From positions 1 to 34,367 of the forward strand of contig JAZRBX010000120.1 of assembly GCA_045635285.1 (NCBI GenBank): 34,367 nucleotides of DNA, written 5' to 3'. Both the position numbers and the translations under genes were made by a program. Each line of letters begins with the position of its first letter. Position 1 is the first letter of the stretch. The notes under the pieces were generated by a model. That model searched no databases, was not told the DNA's origin, and saw only the letters and a program-made list of their open reading frames with translations. The stretch is from Victivallaceae bacterium. Its GTDB lineage: Bacteria > Verrucomicrobiota > Lentisphaeria > Victivallales > Victivallaceae. Of this stretch, positions 25,633 to 33,371 are shown piece after piece.

Positions 25633-26340
25633 ATGAAAAAGGAATATACCAAAAAGAATGCCGACAGTAAACCTGCCAGTATGATCGTACTTGATATTTT
25701 CGCTCAAAAAATAATTAACGGAGAATACCGCTCCGGGGACCGTTTGAAAGAAACTCTGCTTGCCGTGGAATTCGGAGTCAGCCGCAATGCTGTCCGCGAA
25801 GCACTCAATCAGCTGGTCGGTTATCATGTGGTTGAATATCTGCCGTATTGCGGTTACCGAATGAAAGTTTTTACCAACCGTGATATTCTGGAATGGTTTG
25901 AATTCAGAGAGGCAATTGAACCGATCGCCGCCCGCCGTCTGGCGATCATTCGTCCTGCTGAAGCTATTGAAAAACTTGGAGAATATATTGAAAAAATGCA
26001 GTTGGCAAGAAAAAACGGGGACGAAGAGACGGTCAATAATCTGGATATGCTTTTTCATTTGTCTTTGATTGAATATTGTGATAATACTGTTTTCAATAAG
26101 GTCTTGAGCAAGGTTTATTTTACTTCTGTTTTTTCAAATTACGATAAACTGCCTCTTCAGAAATCGGAATTGTCCGTGGATGAAAATTTTTTCCAGACCA
26201 ATCGGATACACAGCGAAATTTTGCGTTGTATCATAGAGGGCAATGCGGATGATGCCGAAACGATTACGCGGAAACATGTGCATTGGCAGGTCAGAGGTAT
26301 GATGCATTATATTGCACTTGTTAAAAATTCTGATAATTAA
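25633..26340 (+). CDS. GntR family transcriptional regulator (FadR/FCD-type C-terminal domain)
   Basis: 235-aa ORF. The winged-HTH is RLKETLLAVEFGVSRNAVREALNQLVGYHVVE, and the C-terminal domain is all-helical. Confidence 0.85.
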   Translation: MKKEYTKKNADSKPASMIVLDIFAQKIINGEYRSGDRLKETLLAVEFGVSRNAVREALNQLVGYHVVEYLPYCGYRMKVFTNRDILEWFEFREAIEPIAARRLAIIRPAEAIEKLGEYIEKMQLARKNGDEETVNNLDMLFHLSLIEYCDNTVFNKVLSKVYFTSVFSNYDKLPLQKSELSVDENFFQTNRIHSEILRCIIEGNADDAETITRKHVHWQVRGMMHYIALVKNSDN

Positions 26341-26374
26341 TTGAAAAAAAGTGCAAAATATTTTAATTAGATAG

Positions 26375-26403
26375 TTGACTTTTGTTTTAAAGTGTGCTAT
26401 TTT
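26375..26403 (+). promoter_or_regulatory. Sigma70-like promoter (extended -10)
   Basis: TTGACT (26375-26380), a 17-nt spacer ending in TGc, then TATTTT (26398-26403). It lies 50 nt upstream of the ATG at 26454. Confidence 0.5.
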
Positions 26404-26453
26404 TTCTCAAATACATAAAATTTTTAACTTTTTATTCTAAATAAGGAGAAGTT

Positions 26454-27908
26454 ATGTACAGAGAAAAAATTTTAGGTGGGTTGCTCGGCAAAGCTGTCGG
26501 TGGAACTCTCGGTCAGATTTATGAAGGCGTGAGAGGTCCTCTCAATTTAACTTATTACGATCCTGTTCCCACAGAAATGATCCCCAATGATGACTTGGAT
26601 CTTCAGGTCATGTGGATGGACAAAATCGCCCGCGAATGGAACGGCGTTCTCAAATCCGAAAAATTCGGTAAGGCATGGGTCGATTCCATGCATTTTTGCT
26701 GTGATGAATACGCCATCGCCACCAGAAATTTGCAGATCGGTATTATGCCGCCTGCATCCGGCCGTTATGATAATTCTTTCAAAAACGGTCTTGGTGCCGC
26801 CATTCGCAGTGAACTCTGGGCTTTTCTTGCTCCCAACAACCCTGATCTTGCCGCCAAATATGCGGTTTATGATGCACAGGTCGATCATACCGGCGACGGT
26901 GTTTATGCGGAAGTTTTCTGGGCTGCTCTTGAAAGTATGGCCTTTGAAGAATCCGACATCCGTGTGCTTATCAATAAAGCTCTCAACTACATCCCCGACG
27001 GCAGTGAACTCAAACAGGCAATCAAAGATACTATCGTATGGAGTGATGAAATCGGTGATATGATGAAGGTCCGCCGTCAGATCCTCTTGAAATACGGCAG
27101 TGCCAATTTCACTGATATTATTATGAATGTTCCGTTCATGATCGCCGCTCTGCTCCTCGGCAAAGGCAATTTCAGCGACACTATCTGCATGGCTGTCAAC
27201 TGCGGCAGAGATGCTGACTGCACCACTGCTACTGTCGGTGCTGTTCTCGGTATTATCAATCCTGACGGCATTGAAGAAAAATGGCTCAAACCGATCGGCA
27301 GAGCTTTGGTCATCAATAAAGAAATTACCGGAGTTCAGCATCCTGATACTTTGGACGGTTTCGTTGACCTTATTATGGAATGGCAGGGCAAAATCACCTG
27401 CGTTGATATAAAAGAACCTGAACTTGATTGGAGCAAATATCAAATCCATGCCAAGTGCGGTATTTCTTTGGAAAATTCCTGCGGCGACTTCGCCCGTCGT
27501 AAATTTTCCGTTGACGGTGAACTGAAAGATGTTCTGTTGCCCGGCAACAGAATTGATGTTGATTTCAGCGATCTGCCTCCCGACTGCTTCAAAATTTATG
27601 AGATGACCATGCATGTTCCCTGCGACGGTCAGTATGCTGTTATTTCCGCCTCTACAGGCAAATGCTGCACATGGCTTAACGGCGAGCTGCTTTTTGCCCA
27701 GGTCTGCGGTAATTTCGTTCCCGGCAGTCATCGTTTCCACACTAATCAGGGCAAGATCATGAATCTTACCAAAGGAGATTACACTCTGCGTATCGCTTTG
27801 GCTCCGGTTGATGAGGAGCAGATGTCGACACCTCTGCATTTTATGCTCGTAGACGATCATTTCATGTATGTGAATGACGCTTTTGATCGTGATTGTTTCA
27901 AGAAGTAA
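26454..27908 (+). CDS. ADP-ribosylglycohydrolase-fold protein with C-terminal jelly-roll (sugar-binding-like) domain, cytoplasmic
   Basis: 484-aa ORF with an AAGGAG RBS. It carries ARH-family motifs: the N-terminal Gly-rich GGLLGKAVGGTLG, IPNDDLDLQ, and NCGRDADCTTATVGAVLG (compare GGDTDT.AA..GA..G). About 150 aa of beta-rich sequence follow at the C-terminus. Confidence 0.75.
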   Translation: MYREKILGGLLGKAVGGTLGQIYEGVRGPLNLTYYDPVPTEMIPNDDLDLQVMWMDKIAREWNGVLKSEKFGKAWVDSMHFCCDEYAIATRNLQIGIMPPASGRYDNSFKNGLGAAIRSELWAFLAPNNPDLAAKYAVYDAQVDHTGDGVYAEVFWAALESMAFEESDIRVLINKALNYIPDGSELKQAIKDTIVWSDEIGDMMKVRRQILLKYGSANFTDIIMNVPFMIAALLLGKGNFSDTICMAVNCGRDADCTTATVGAVLGIINPDGIEEKWLKPIGRALVINKEITGVQHPDTLDGFVDLIMEWQGKITCVDIKEPELDWSKYQIHAKCGISLENSCGDFARRKFSVDGELKDVLLPGNRIDVDFSDLPPDCFKIYEMTMHVPCDGQYAVISASTGKCCTWLNGELLFAQVCGNFVPGSHRFHTNQGKIMNLTKGDYTLRIALAPVDEEQMSTPLHFMLVDDHFMYVNDAFDRDCFKK

Positions 27909-27920
27909 TTCTGTTTGCGC

Positions 27921-27950
27921 AACTTCCGATAATATTGATTATCGGAAGTT
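27921..27950. repeat. Palindromic element copy C1 (perfect 13-4-13, core ATTG)
   Basis: Sequence aacttccgataat-attg-attatcggaagtt. It starts 13 nt after the TAA at 27906-27908 and is followed by a T-rich tract. Confidence 0.9.
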
Positions 27951-28110
27951 GTTTGAGGTTGTTTTTAAACTTTTTTATTTTTGTTTAATGTTGTGTTTAT
28001 TTTATTATCAGAAAATTAAGGAGGTTAAAGGAGTTTAAAGAATTTAGTGTTTCAAGCTCAAAAATAAGACTCCCAAAATTCCTGAAACTCTCAAAACTCC
28101 TTATTCCTGC
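27951..28110 (+). promoter_or_regulatory. Leader bracketed by C1/C2: T-rich tract plus a block homologous to 9237-9350
   Basis: TAAGGAGG, TAAAGGAG and TAAAGAAT repeats start at 28017, 28026 and 28036. They are followed by gtttcaagctcaaaaa and then CT-rich tracts (gactcccaaaattcctgaaactc...ctcctta). TAAGGAG (28017-28023) is perfectly complementary to CTCCTTA (28097-28103). Confidence 0.6.
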
Positions 28111-28140
28111 AACTTCCGATAATCAATATTACAGGAAGTA
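28111..28140. repeat. Palindromic element copy C2 (core CAAT, degenerate right arm)
   Basis: Sequence aacttccgataat-caat-attacaggaagta. It matches the reverse complement of C1 at 27 of 30 positions and ends 23 nt upstream of the ATG at 28164. Confidence 0.85.
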
Positions 28141-28163
28141 AATTAAAAAAGAAAGGGCTTATT

Positions 28164-28913
28164 ATGAAAAAGCAACAAAATTTCACTCTGATTGAACTTC
28201 TGGTCGTGATCGCAATTATCGCAATTCTTGCAGGTATGCTGCTCCCCGCACTCGGAAAAGCTCGTGAACGCGCCCGCGCTGCAAACTGTATCAGCAATCT
28301 CAAAAATTGTATTCAGGCTTCAATTTTTTATGCTGATGATCATGAAGGATGGAATTACCTCTCCATTGATACTTCCGCAAATAAACTCGGTTCACGCCTG
28401 ATCGGCTGGTCAGAATGGCTTATTTGCTATGGCTACATGAAAGAAGACACCAAAGCTTTCGGCTGCCCTTCAATGGAAGGTCCCAAAGATGAAGCTTCTG
28501 CAAGTTATTACGGCAATACCATGACTTTCGGAGTTCCTGCTTGCCCCGCTCATGTGCTGCCGGCTGAAATTTGTTCCACAACCAACGACGGTGCAAACCA
28601 TTATCTCAACGCCAAGAGAATTGACAATCCCTCCTACTTCACCTATTTCGCAGATACTGTAAATGCCGCAGGGCAGCAGGTCAACAGCTGGTATATCACC
28701 AACAGCTGGAACGCTTATATGCACGCACGCCATAACAACGCTGTCAATATGGCATTTATGGACGGTCATGTCGGAACTCACAAGCCGATGGAGATTTGGG
28801 ATATAAATCTCGGAAGCAAGCACTCCTTTTCAACTTGCTATTCAACCGCAAGAAGCGGCTGCAACTGGTACAATAAAGATATTGTTATCAAGAAATTCAA
28901 TGTAAATCAATAA
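28164..28913 (+). CDS. Prepilin-like N-terminal helix protein, DUF1559 / H-X9-DG family (copy 3)
   Basis: 249-aa ORF with the N-terminus [42 protein letters not shown] and the C-terminal motif [12 protein letters not shown] (H, nine residues, DG). Confidence 0.9.
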   Translation: MKKQQNFTLIELLVVIAIIAILAGMLLPALGKARERARAANCISNLKNCIQASIFYADDHEGWNYLSIDTSANKLGSRLIGWSEWLICYGYMKEDTKAFGCPSMEGPKDEASASYYGNTMTFGVPACPAHVLPAEICSTTNDGANHYLNAKRIDNPSYFTYFADTVNAAGQQVNSWYITNSWNAYMHARHNNAVNMAFMDGHVGTHKPMEIWDINLGSKHSFSTCYSTARSGCNWYNKDIVIKKFNVNQ

Positions 28914-28921
28914 GGCTTGAA

Positions 28922-30406
28922 ATGAAAAAATTATTATTGCTCATCGGAGTTTCTACGATGTTATTAAACCTTAATGCAGAACCTGCCAAAAAGTATAAAT
29001 ATACTCTTTTTGTTCCCGATCCCGGGGAGGTCGCTACTGCAGAAGCTCAACGCAATTCTCCTAAACCTCTGGCAATCAATTTTAATATTGATCTTAAAAA
29101 AGATATGCCCAAACTCCGCCCCCTGCACGGTGTGGCAAATTATGTGCCGATCTCTTACAATGCCATTGCTTACAAGCATGGCATCAGAGAGGGACTCAAA
29201 GAATTAAAACTGCCGTACACCTATCTGCATGATGATCCCATTACCAATTTGGGCAGAAACGTCGTTGATGTCAGTCGTATTTTTCCGCTTTTCCATGCGG
29301 ATGAAAACGATCCTGCCAACTATCTTTTCGCCGAAACTGACGCTTATATCAAAATGATGATCGAAGACGGAGTCAAAGTTATTTTCCGCCTCGGCGAAAC
29401 TATTGAAAACGACGCTTTGCACTTCCGCACTGTTCCGCCCAAAGATTATGCCAAATGGACCCGCATCTGTTTGAATATCGTCCGCCACTACAACGAGGGC
29501 TGGGCAAACGGTCATCATTGGAACATTCAGGACTGGGCTGTTTGGGAAGAGCCTAATAATCCTAATTTGTGGCATGGCTCTTTTGAGCAGTATATGCAGC
29601 TTTACAAAGCATTTGCTCCTGAATTCAAAAAGGCGTTCCCGAATCTTCGCGTCGGCGGTCCGCAGACAACGACTCTCGGTTATCCCTTCCTTGAAAAATT
29701 CCTGCAATTTGTGCAGAAAGAAAAACTGCCGCTGGATTTTGTCGCCTATACCGCATACTATCTGACCCCTGCTGATATGCTGGCAGAAAGTGTCAAACGC
29801 AGAGAAATGCTCGACAAGTACGGCTTTGAAAATGTGCCGCTCTGGACCAATGAATGGCATTGCAGCCCCTATTGGTATGAGTACAACGATCCCGTCAGCT
29901 ACGGCAGAGAGGAAAATCGTTTCGGCGGTACAGAGGGCGGCGTTTTCGCGGCCACGGTTCTTTGCGGTTTGCAGGACAGTCCGCTTGAAAGAGCATGTTT
30001 TTATTCTGCATGTCTGATCAACGGCTGGGGAATGTTTGACTGCGACGGCAGACCTGCACCGGTTTATTATGTTTTCAAGAAATTCTCTCCGCTGTATCAG
30101 AATTCCGTCAAACGCATTGCAGTTGATGTCAAAGGTACATCCGCCAATACACAGGCGATCGCTTCTTTGAACAAAGACGGAAATATTGAATTTTTCTGCG
30201 GTATTTTCAGCACAAATGAGGGAGATTTGACGGTCAATGTTCCCGAAGGTTACAAACTTGACCTTATTCAGAGTCTTGACGATCTGACAACTCCTTATTA
30301 TGTCGAAGTTCCGTCTCACCTTTACAGCACCGACGGCAAAACTTTGGAACTGCACAAACTTAAATGTGCTTCTTCCTACTATATAGTTTTCAAACCTGTA
30401 AAATAA
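28922..30406 (+). CDS. Secreted clan GH-A glycoside hydrolase, GH39-like
   Basis: 494-aa ORF with a signal peptide (MKKLLLLIGVSTMLLNLNA). The acid/base-type motif is WAVWEEPNNPNLW followed by ...LRVGGP (compare FEIWNEPN...VGGP of GH39). The candidate nucleophile context is PLWTNEWH. Confidence 0.65.
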   Translation: MKKLLLLIGVSTMLLNLNAEPAKKYKYTLFVPDPGEVATAEAQRNSPKPLAINFNIDLKKDMPKLRPLHGVANYVPISYNAIAYKHGIREGLKELKLPYTYLHDDPITNLGRNVVDVSRIFPLFHADENDPANYLFAETDAYIKMMIEDGVKVIFRLGETIENDALHFRTVPPKDYAKWTRICLNIVRHYNEGWANGHHWNIQDWAVWEEPNNPNLWHGSFEQYMQLYKAFAPEFKKAFPNLRVGGPQTTTLGYPFLEKFLQFVQKEKLPLDFVAYTAYYLTPADMLAESVKRREMLDKYGFENVPLWTNEWHCSPYWYEYNDPVSYGREENRFGGTEGGVFAATVLCGLQDSPLERACFYSACLINGWGMFDCDGRPAPVYYVFKKFSPLYQNSVKRIAVDVKGTSANTQAIASLNKDGNIEFFCGIFSTNEGDLTVNVPEGYKLDLIQSLDDLTTPYYVEVPSHLYSTDGKTLELHKLKCASSYYIVFKPVK

Positions 30407-30416
30407 AGGATAATTT

Positions 30417-32243
30417 ATGAAAAAAATCTCTTTACTGCTGCTTTTCAGCTTTGTTCTGACAGCTGCGTACAGCAAGGATGTAAAAAGGTTCACCACTATT
30501 GACATTCTTGACAATTATTGGAAAACTTATTGTGCAACTTACGGACCAGACGGCCCCGCTGAGAAACCTTTAAGTGCAGGTACTTACACCGTTGAAAATA
30601 TGCGTCAGATGATTGATGATATGGCAGAACTCGGTTTTGAGCGTGTTTACTGGATTACCAATTACGGCGATATGTTGTACGGTCAGGTCGCAGCACTGGA
30701 TAACGGAAAAAAAGTTCACGGTACTGAACTTCTGAAAATCCTTGTCGATCAGGCTCACAAACGTAATATGGAACTGTACGTCATTTATAAACCCTTTGAA
30801 ACCGGTGGCGGCACTCATCCTGATGAACTTCCCCGCCCGAAAGAACTTTTTTATGTCAAAAATACTGACGGATGGCAGGGCGCACTGGAATTTACAGTCA
30901 AAAATCCGCATACCCGTCTGCGCCGCAGAATGCCTCCGCGTCCTGCCAATGACAAAGTTCATACCATTACTCTCGTAAGCCGTGCAGGTATTCCGATCAC
31001 TTTGCAGAGAGAGGATTTTCAACTTTTTGCAAGTTCTGAAAACGGCAGATACCGTGAGATCACCGATTTTACTGTCGAAGCCGGAGTTACTGAAAAATAT
31101 CCCAAACTGCAGAAAATCACTTTCACTCCCGCAAACTTGAACGACAATGATAAATTCTTCATCATCAAATGTTCGAAGAAAAACAATCCCGTTCAGATCG
31201 TTCATGATACTTTCTCTATTGTCGAACTTCGCAATTCAGACGGTGTTATTCTGCCTGAAAGTATCGCCACCGGCAGGATCACTCTTAAAGGTTTGAATGA
31301 TTCATGGCCTCATCAGCTTTTCAAAGTATCAAATAAAGATACCCGCACTCCCGAAGAATGGATACTTAAAGGAGATTTCGGTTCAACTTTGGAAAAAGGT
31401 GCTTTCACCTATGACTGCACCTCATCAACATCCAGCCATTATGTCGATAGTGACGGTTACATCGCATTCAGCGCATGCCCGATCGAATACCTCGGAAGTC
31501 TGCATCCGGCATATCCCGAAGTCATGGAACTTTGGAAAGAGATGGTACGCAGAATTTCCGCCAGCGGTTGTGACGGTATTGACATCCGTTTCGGCGACCA
31601 TGCCAGCTGGACGATTTACGGAGAAGAATACGGTTTCAATGCTCCTGTCGTTGCAGAATACAAAAAACGCTACGGCGTTGATCCCGAAAAAGAACCCTAT
31701 GACCGTGCTTTGTGGCGTCAGCTCAATGGCGAATACCTTACTGAATTCATGAAATGGTGTTCCAAAACTCTGCATCCCAAAGGTCAGAAACTTCATGCTC
31801 ATATTTCAATTACTATGGCTGATCGTGATTTCTGGCGCCGCAATGATGCTCCCGCCAACTTCAAATATGAGTGGAAAAAATGGATGCAGGAAAAAATTAT
31901 TGACGGCGTCAATATGAAATATCTGCCTTTCCCGTGGGACGGCAGAGACTCCAGCGGCTTGCAGTATGCTTATGCCATTATCAAGTTTGCTCAAAAATAC
32001 CAAATTGAAACAAACATCGAAGCCCGTACGATTTGGTGGGTGGAACCGACAGACTCAACTTCGCCTCCGTTTACTGATGCCCAGTACAATCGTTTTCTCA
32101 AAAATTTTCGTATTTTGCATGCGAGCGGTGTCGATGCGTTGAATTACTATGAAGTAAGCGACTTTTTCAAGATCGACGGATTCGGCAATCCGAAATATGC
32201 AGATAAATTCCTGAAACTTATGAACGATGTTGAGGCTGAATAA
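30417..32243 (+). CDS. Secreted GH-like TIM-barrel protein, divergent fifth member (P5) of the P1-P4 family with a large internal insertion
   Basis: 608-aa ORF with a signal peptide (MKKISLLLLFSFVLTAAYS). It shares these blocks with P1-P4: YWITNYGD, AHKRNMELYVIYKPFETGG, AYPEVMELWKEMVRRISASGCDGIDIRFGDHAS, YGFNAPVVAEYKKRYGVDP, WKKWMQEKIIDGV. It has no N-terminal CBM-like module. Confidence 0.7.
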   Translation: MKKISLLLLFSFVLTAAYSKDVKRFTTIDILDNYWKTYCATYGPDGPAEKPLSAGTYTVENMRQMIDDMAELGFERVYWITNYGDMLYGQVAALDNGKKVHGTELLKILVDQAHKRNMELYVIYKPFETGGGTHPDELPRPKELFYVKNTDGWQGALEFTVKNPHTRLRRRMPPRPANDKVHTITLVSRAGIPITLQREDFQLFASSENGRYREITDFTVEAGVTEKYPKLQKITFTPANLNDNDKFFIIKCSKKNNPVQIVHDTFSIVELRNSDGVILPESIATGRITLKGLNDSWPHQLFKVSNKDTRTPEEWILKGDFGSTLEKGAFTYDCTSSTSSHYVDSDGYIAFSACPIEYLGSLHPAYPEVMELWKEMVRRISASGCDGIDIRFGDHASWTIYGEEYGFNAPVVAEYKKRYGVDPEKEPYDRALWRQLNGEYLTEFMKWCSKTLHPKGQKLHAHISITMADRDFWRRNDAPANFKYEWKKWMQEKIIDGVNMKYLPFPWDGRDSSGLQYAYAIIKFAQKYQIETNIEARTIWWVEPTDSTSPPFTDAQYNRFLKNFRILHASGVDALNYYEVSDFFKIDGFGNPKYADKFLKLMNDVEAE

Positions 32244-32245
32244 TT

Positions 32246-33262
32246 ATGAAAAAACTTTTTCTTTTCGTCGTTGCCGCTTTTTGTGCAATTTCTGCCGCGG
32301 CATCAGAATTCCGTCCGCTTTACCGTATGAATACCAACGGTAATGAAATCTTAAAAAATTTCAGTATTTACAGCCATCCCGGATATGGTGCCAAGTTGAG
32401 CAGGACTGTCGTTGATGGTGTTCCTGCTGTCAAATTGAGCGTTACCGATGCTAAAAATCCTCTGGAATGGTACACCAAAATCCAGCTCCGTCTGACTGTA
32501 AATTCAAAAATTGAAGCATGCAGTGAGTACCGCATCCGTTTCCGCTGCCGTACCGACAGAGTTGCAAATTTCCGTTTCTGCTGTCAGGAAGCAGTTACTC
32601 CGTGGGGATTGCTGACTGAACACCGTCACGGTCATGTGCTGGCAACTCCTGATTGGCAGGATGTGGAATACACTTTCACCGCCACCAAAGATTCAAATGT
32701 TTCCGCATGGCTGCCCAATTTTGAATGCGGTATGCTTGGCAAAGATAATTCACTTTATATAACTGATCTGGTCGTGGAAGCTCTCGACGCAGAAAAGACC
32801 ATAGTTATTGCCAAGCCCGATCCGCAGGGTATGCAGGTTTATTGTCAACCCGGATTCAAGGTGCAGAAAAAGAACAGCACTTTCAACGGTTCCAAAGTCT
32901 GCGGTATTTATCTGGAAAATGCTCCTGCAAATATTACCAATGCTTCACAGGTGCAGTATCGTTTCCCGGTGACGGTAACTATTGTCAAGGGCGCATCCTA
33001 TCGTCTGTCATTCTATCACAAAGCTGACAAAGCTGCCGCATGTTTGGTACAGGTCCAGCGTGGAGTTCATCCGTGGAGTATGCCTTCTCCGCTGGCTTTG
33101 AGAAACTTCAAAACCAATACCGAATGGGATTATTTTGAAATGAATTTTACCTCCGGTGAAAATTACAATAAACTCATGTTTCTGCCCAATATCAGTATCG
33201 GTCTTGTTGGCAAAGGCAATACTTTTTATCTTCGTGATGTCAAATTTGAAAGAGTTGACTGA
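32246..33262 (+). CDS. Secreted protein made of two tandem CBM-like beta-sandwich modules
   Basis: 338-aa ORF lying 2 nt after P5, with a signal peptide (MKKLFLFVVAAFCAISAAAS). The two halves have the same pattern, for example SEYRIRFRCR...WQDVEYTFTA...GKDNSLYITDLVVE and ASYRLSFYHK...WDYFEMNFTS...GKGNTFYLRDVKFE. Confidence 0.7.
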   Translation: MKKLFLFVVAAFCAISAAASEFRPLYRMNTNGNEILKNFSIYSHPGYGAKLSRTVVDGVPAVKLSVTDAKNPLEWYTKIQLRLTVNSKIEACSEYRIRFRCRTDRVANFRFCCQEAVTPWGLLTEHRHGHVLATPDWQDVEYTFTATKDSNVSAWLPNFECGMLGKDNSLYITDLVVEALDAEKTIVIAKPDPQGMQVYCQPGFKVQKKNSTFNGSKVCGIYLENAPANITNASQVQYRFPVTVTIVKGASYRLSFYHKADKAAACLVQVQRGVHPWSMPSPLALRNFKTNTEWDYFEMNFTSGENYNKLMFLPNISIGLVGKGNTFYLRDVKFERVD

Positions 33263-33281
33263 TATACGGAAAATTTTTATG

Positions 33282-33311
33282 AACGGCAGGAAAAATCCTG
33301 CCGTTTTTTTT
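33282..33311 (+). terminator. Rho-independent terminator
   Basis: Stem aacggcagga (33282-33291) / tcctgccgtt (33296-33305), loop aaaa, with a T-run to 33311. Confidence 0.85.
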
Positions 33312-33319
33312 ATTTGCGG

Positions 33320-33347
33320 TTGTATTTTTTCCATGTTGTTTTATAGT
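33320..33347 (+). promoter_or_regulatory. Weak sigma70-like promoter candidate
   Basis: TTGTAT (33320-33325), 16-nt spacer, TATAGT (33342-33347). It lies 25 nt upstream of the ATG at 33372. Confidence 0.3.
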
Positions 33348-33371
33348 AAATGGGAAAAAAAGGAGCATGTT

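Noticed and set aside
26547-27860. 437-aa ORF on the minus strand
   Set aside because: It lies entirely antisense to the ADP-ribosylglycohydrolase-fold gene, which has clear family motifs and an RBS. The antisense translation has no recognisable motifs and no RBS, which is typical of a shadow ORF.
27921-27985. C1 palindrome interpreted simply as the intrinsic terminator of the ARH-fold gene
   Set aside because: Not fully rejected, but insufficient on its own. The same 30-bp element occurs downstream of a promoter (9207) and inside a coding region (9388), where a terminator makes no sense. The T-run here is also separated from the stem by gtttgagg.
29204-30514. 436-aa ORF on the minus strand
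   Set aside because: It is antisense to the GH39-like gene and to the start of P5. It has no recognisable domains. The plus-strand genes have signal peptides, an RBS and catalytic motifs.
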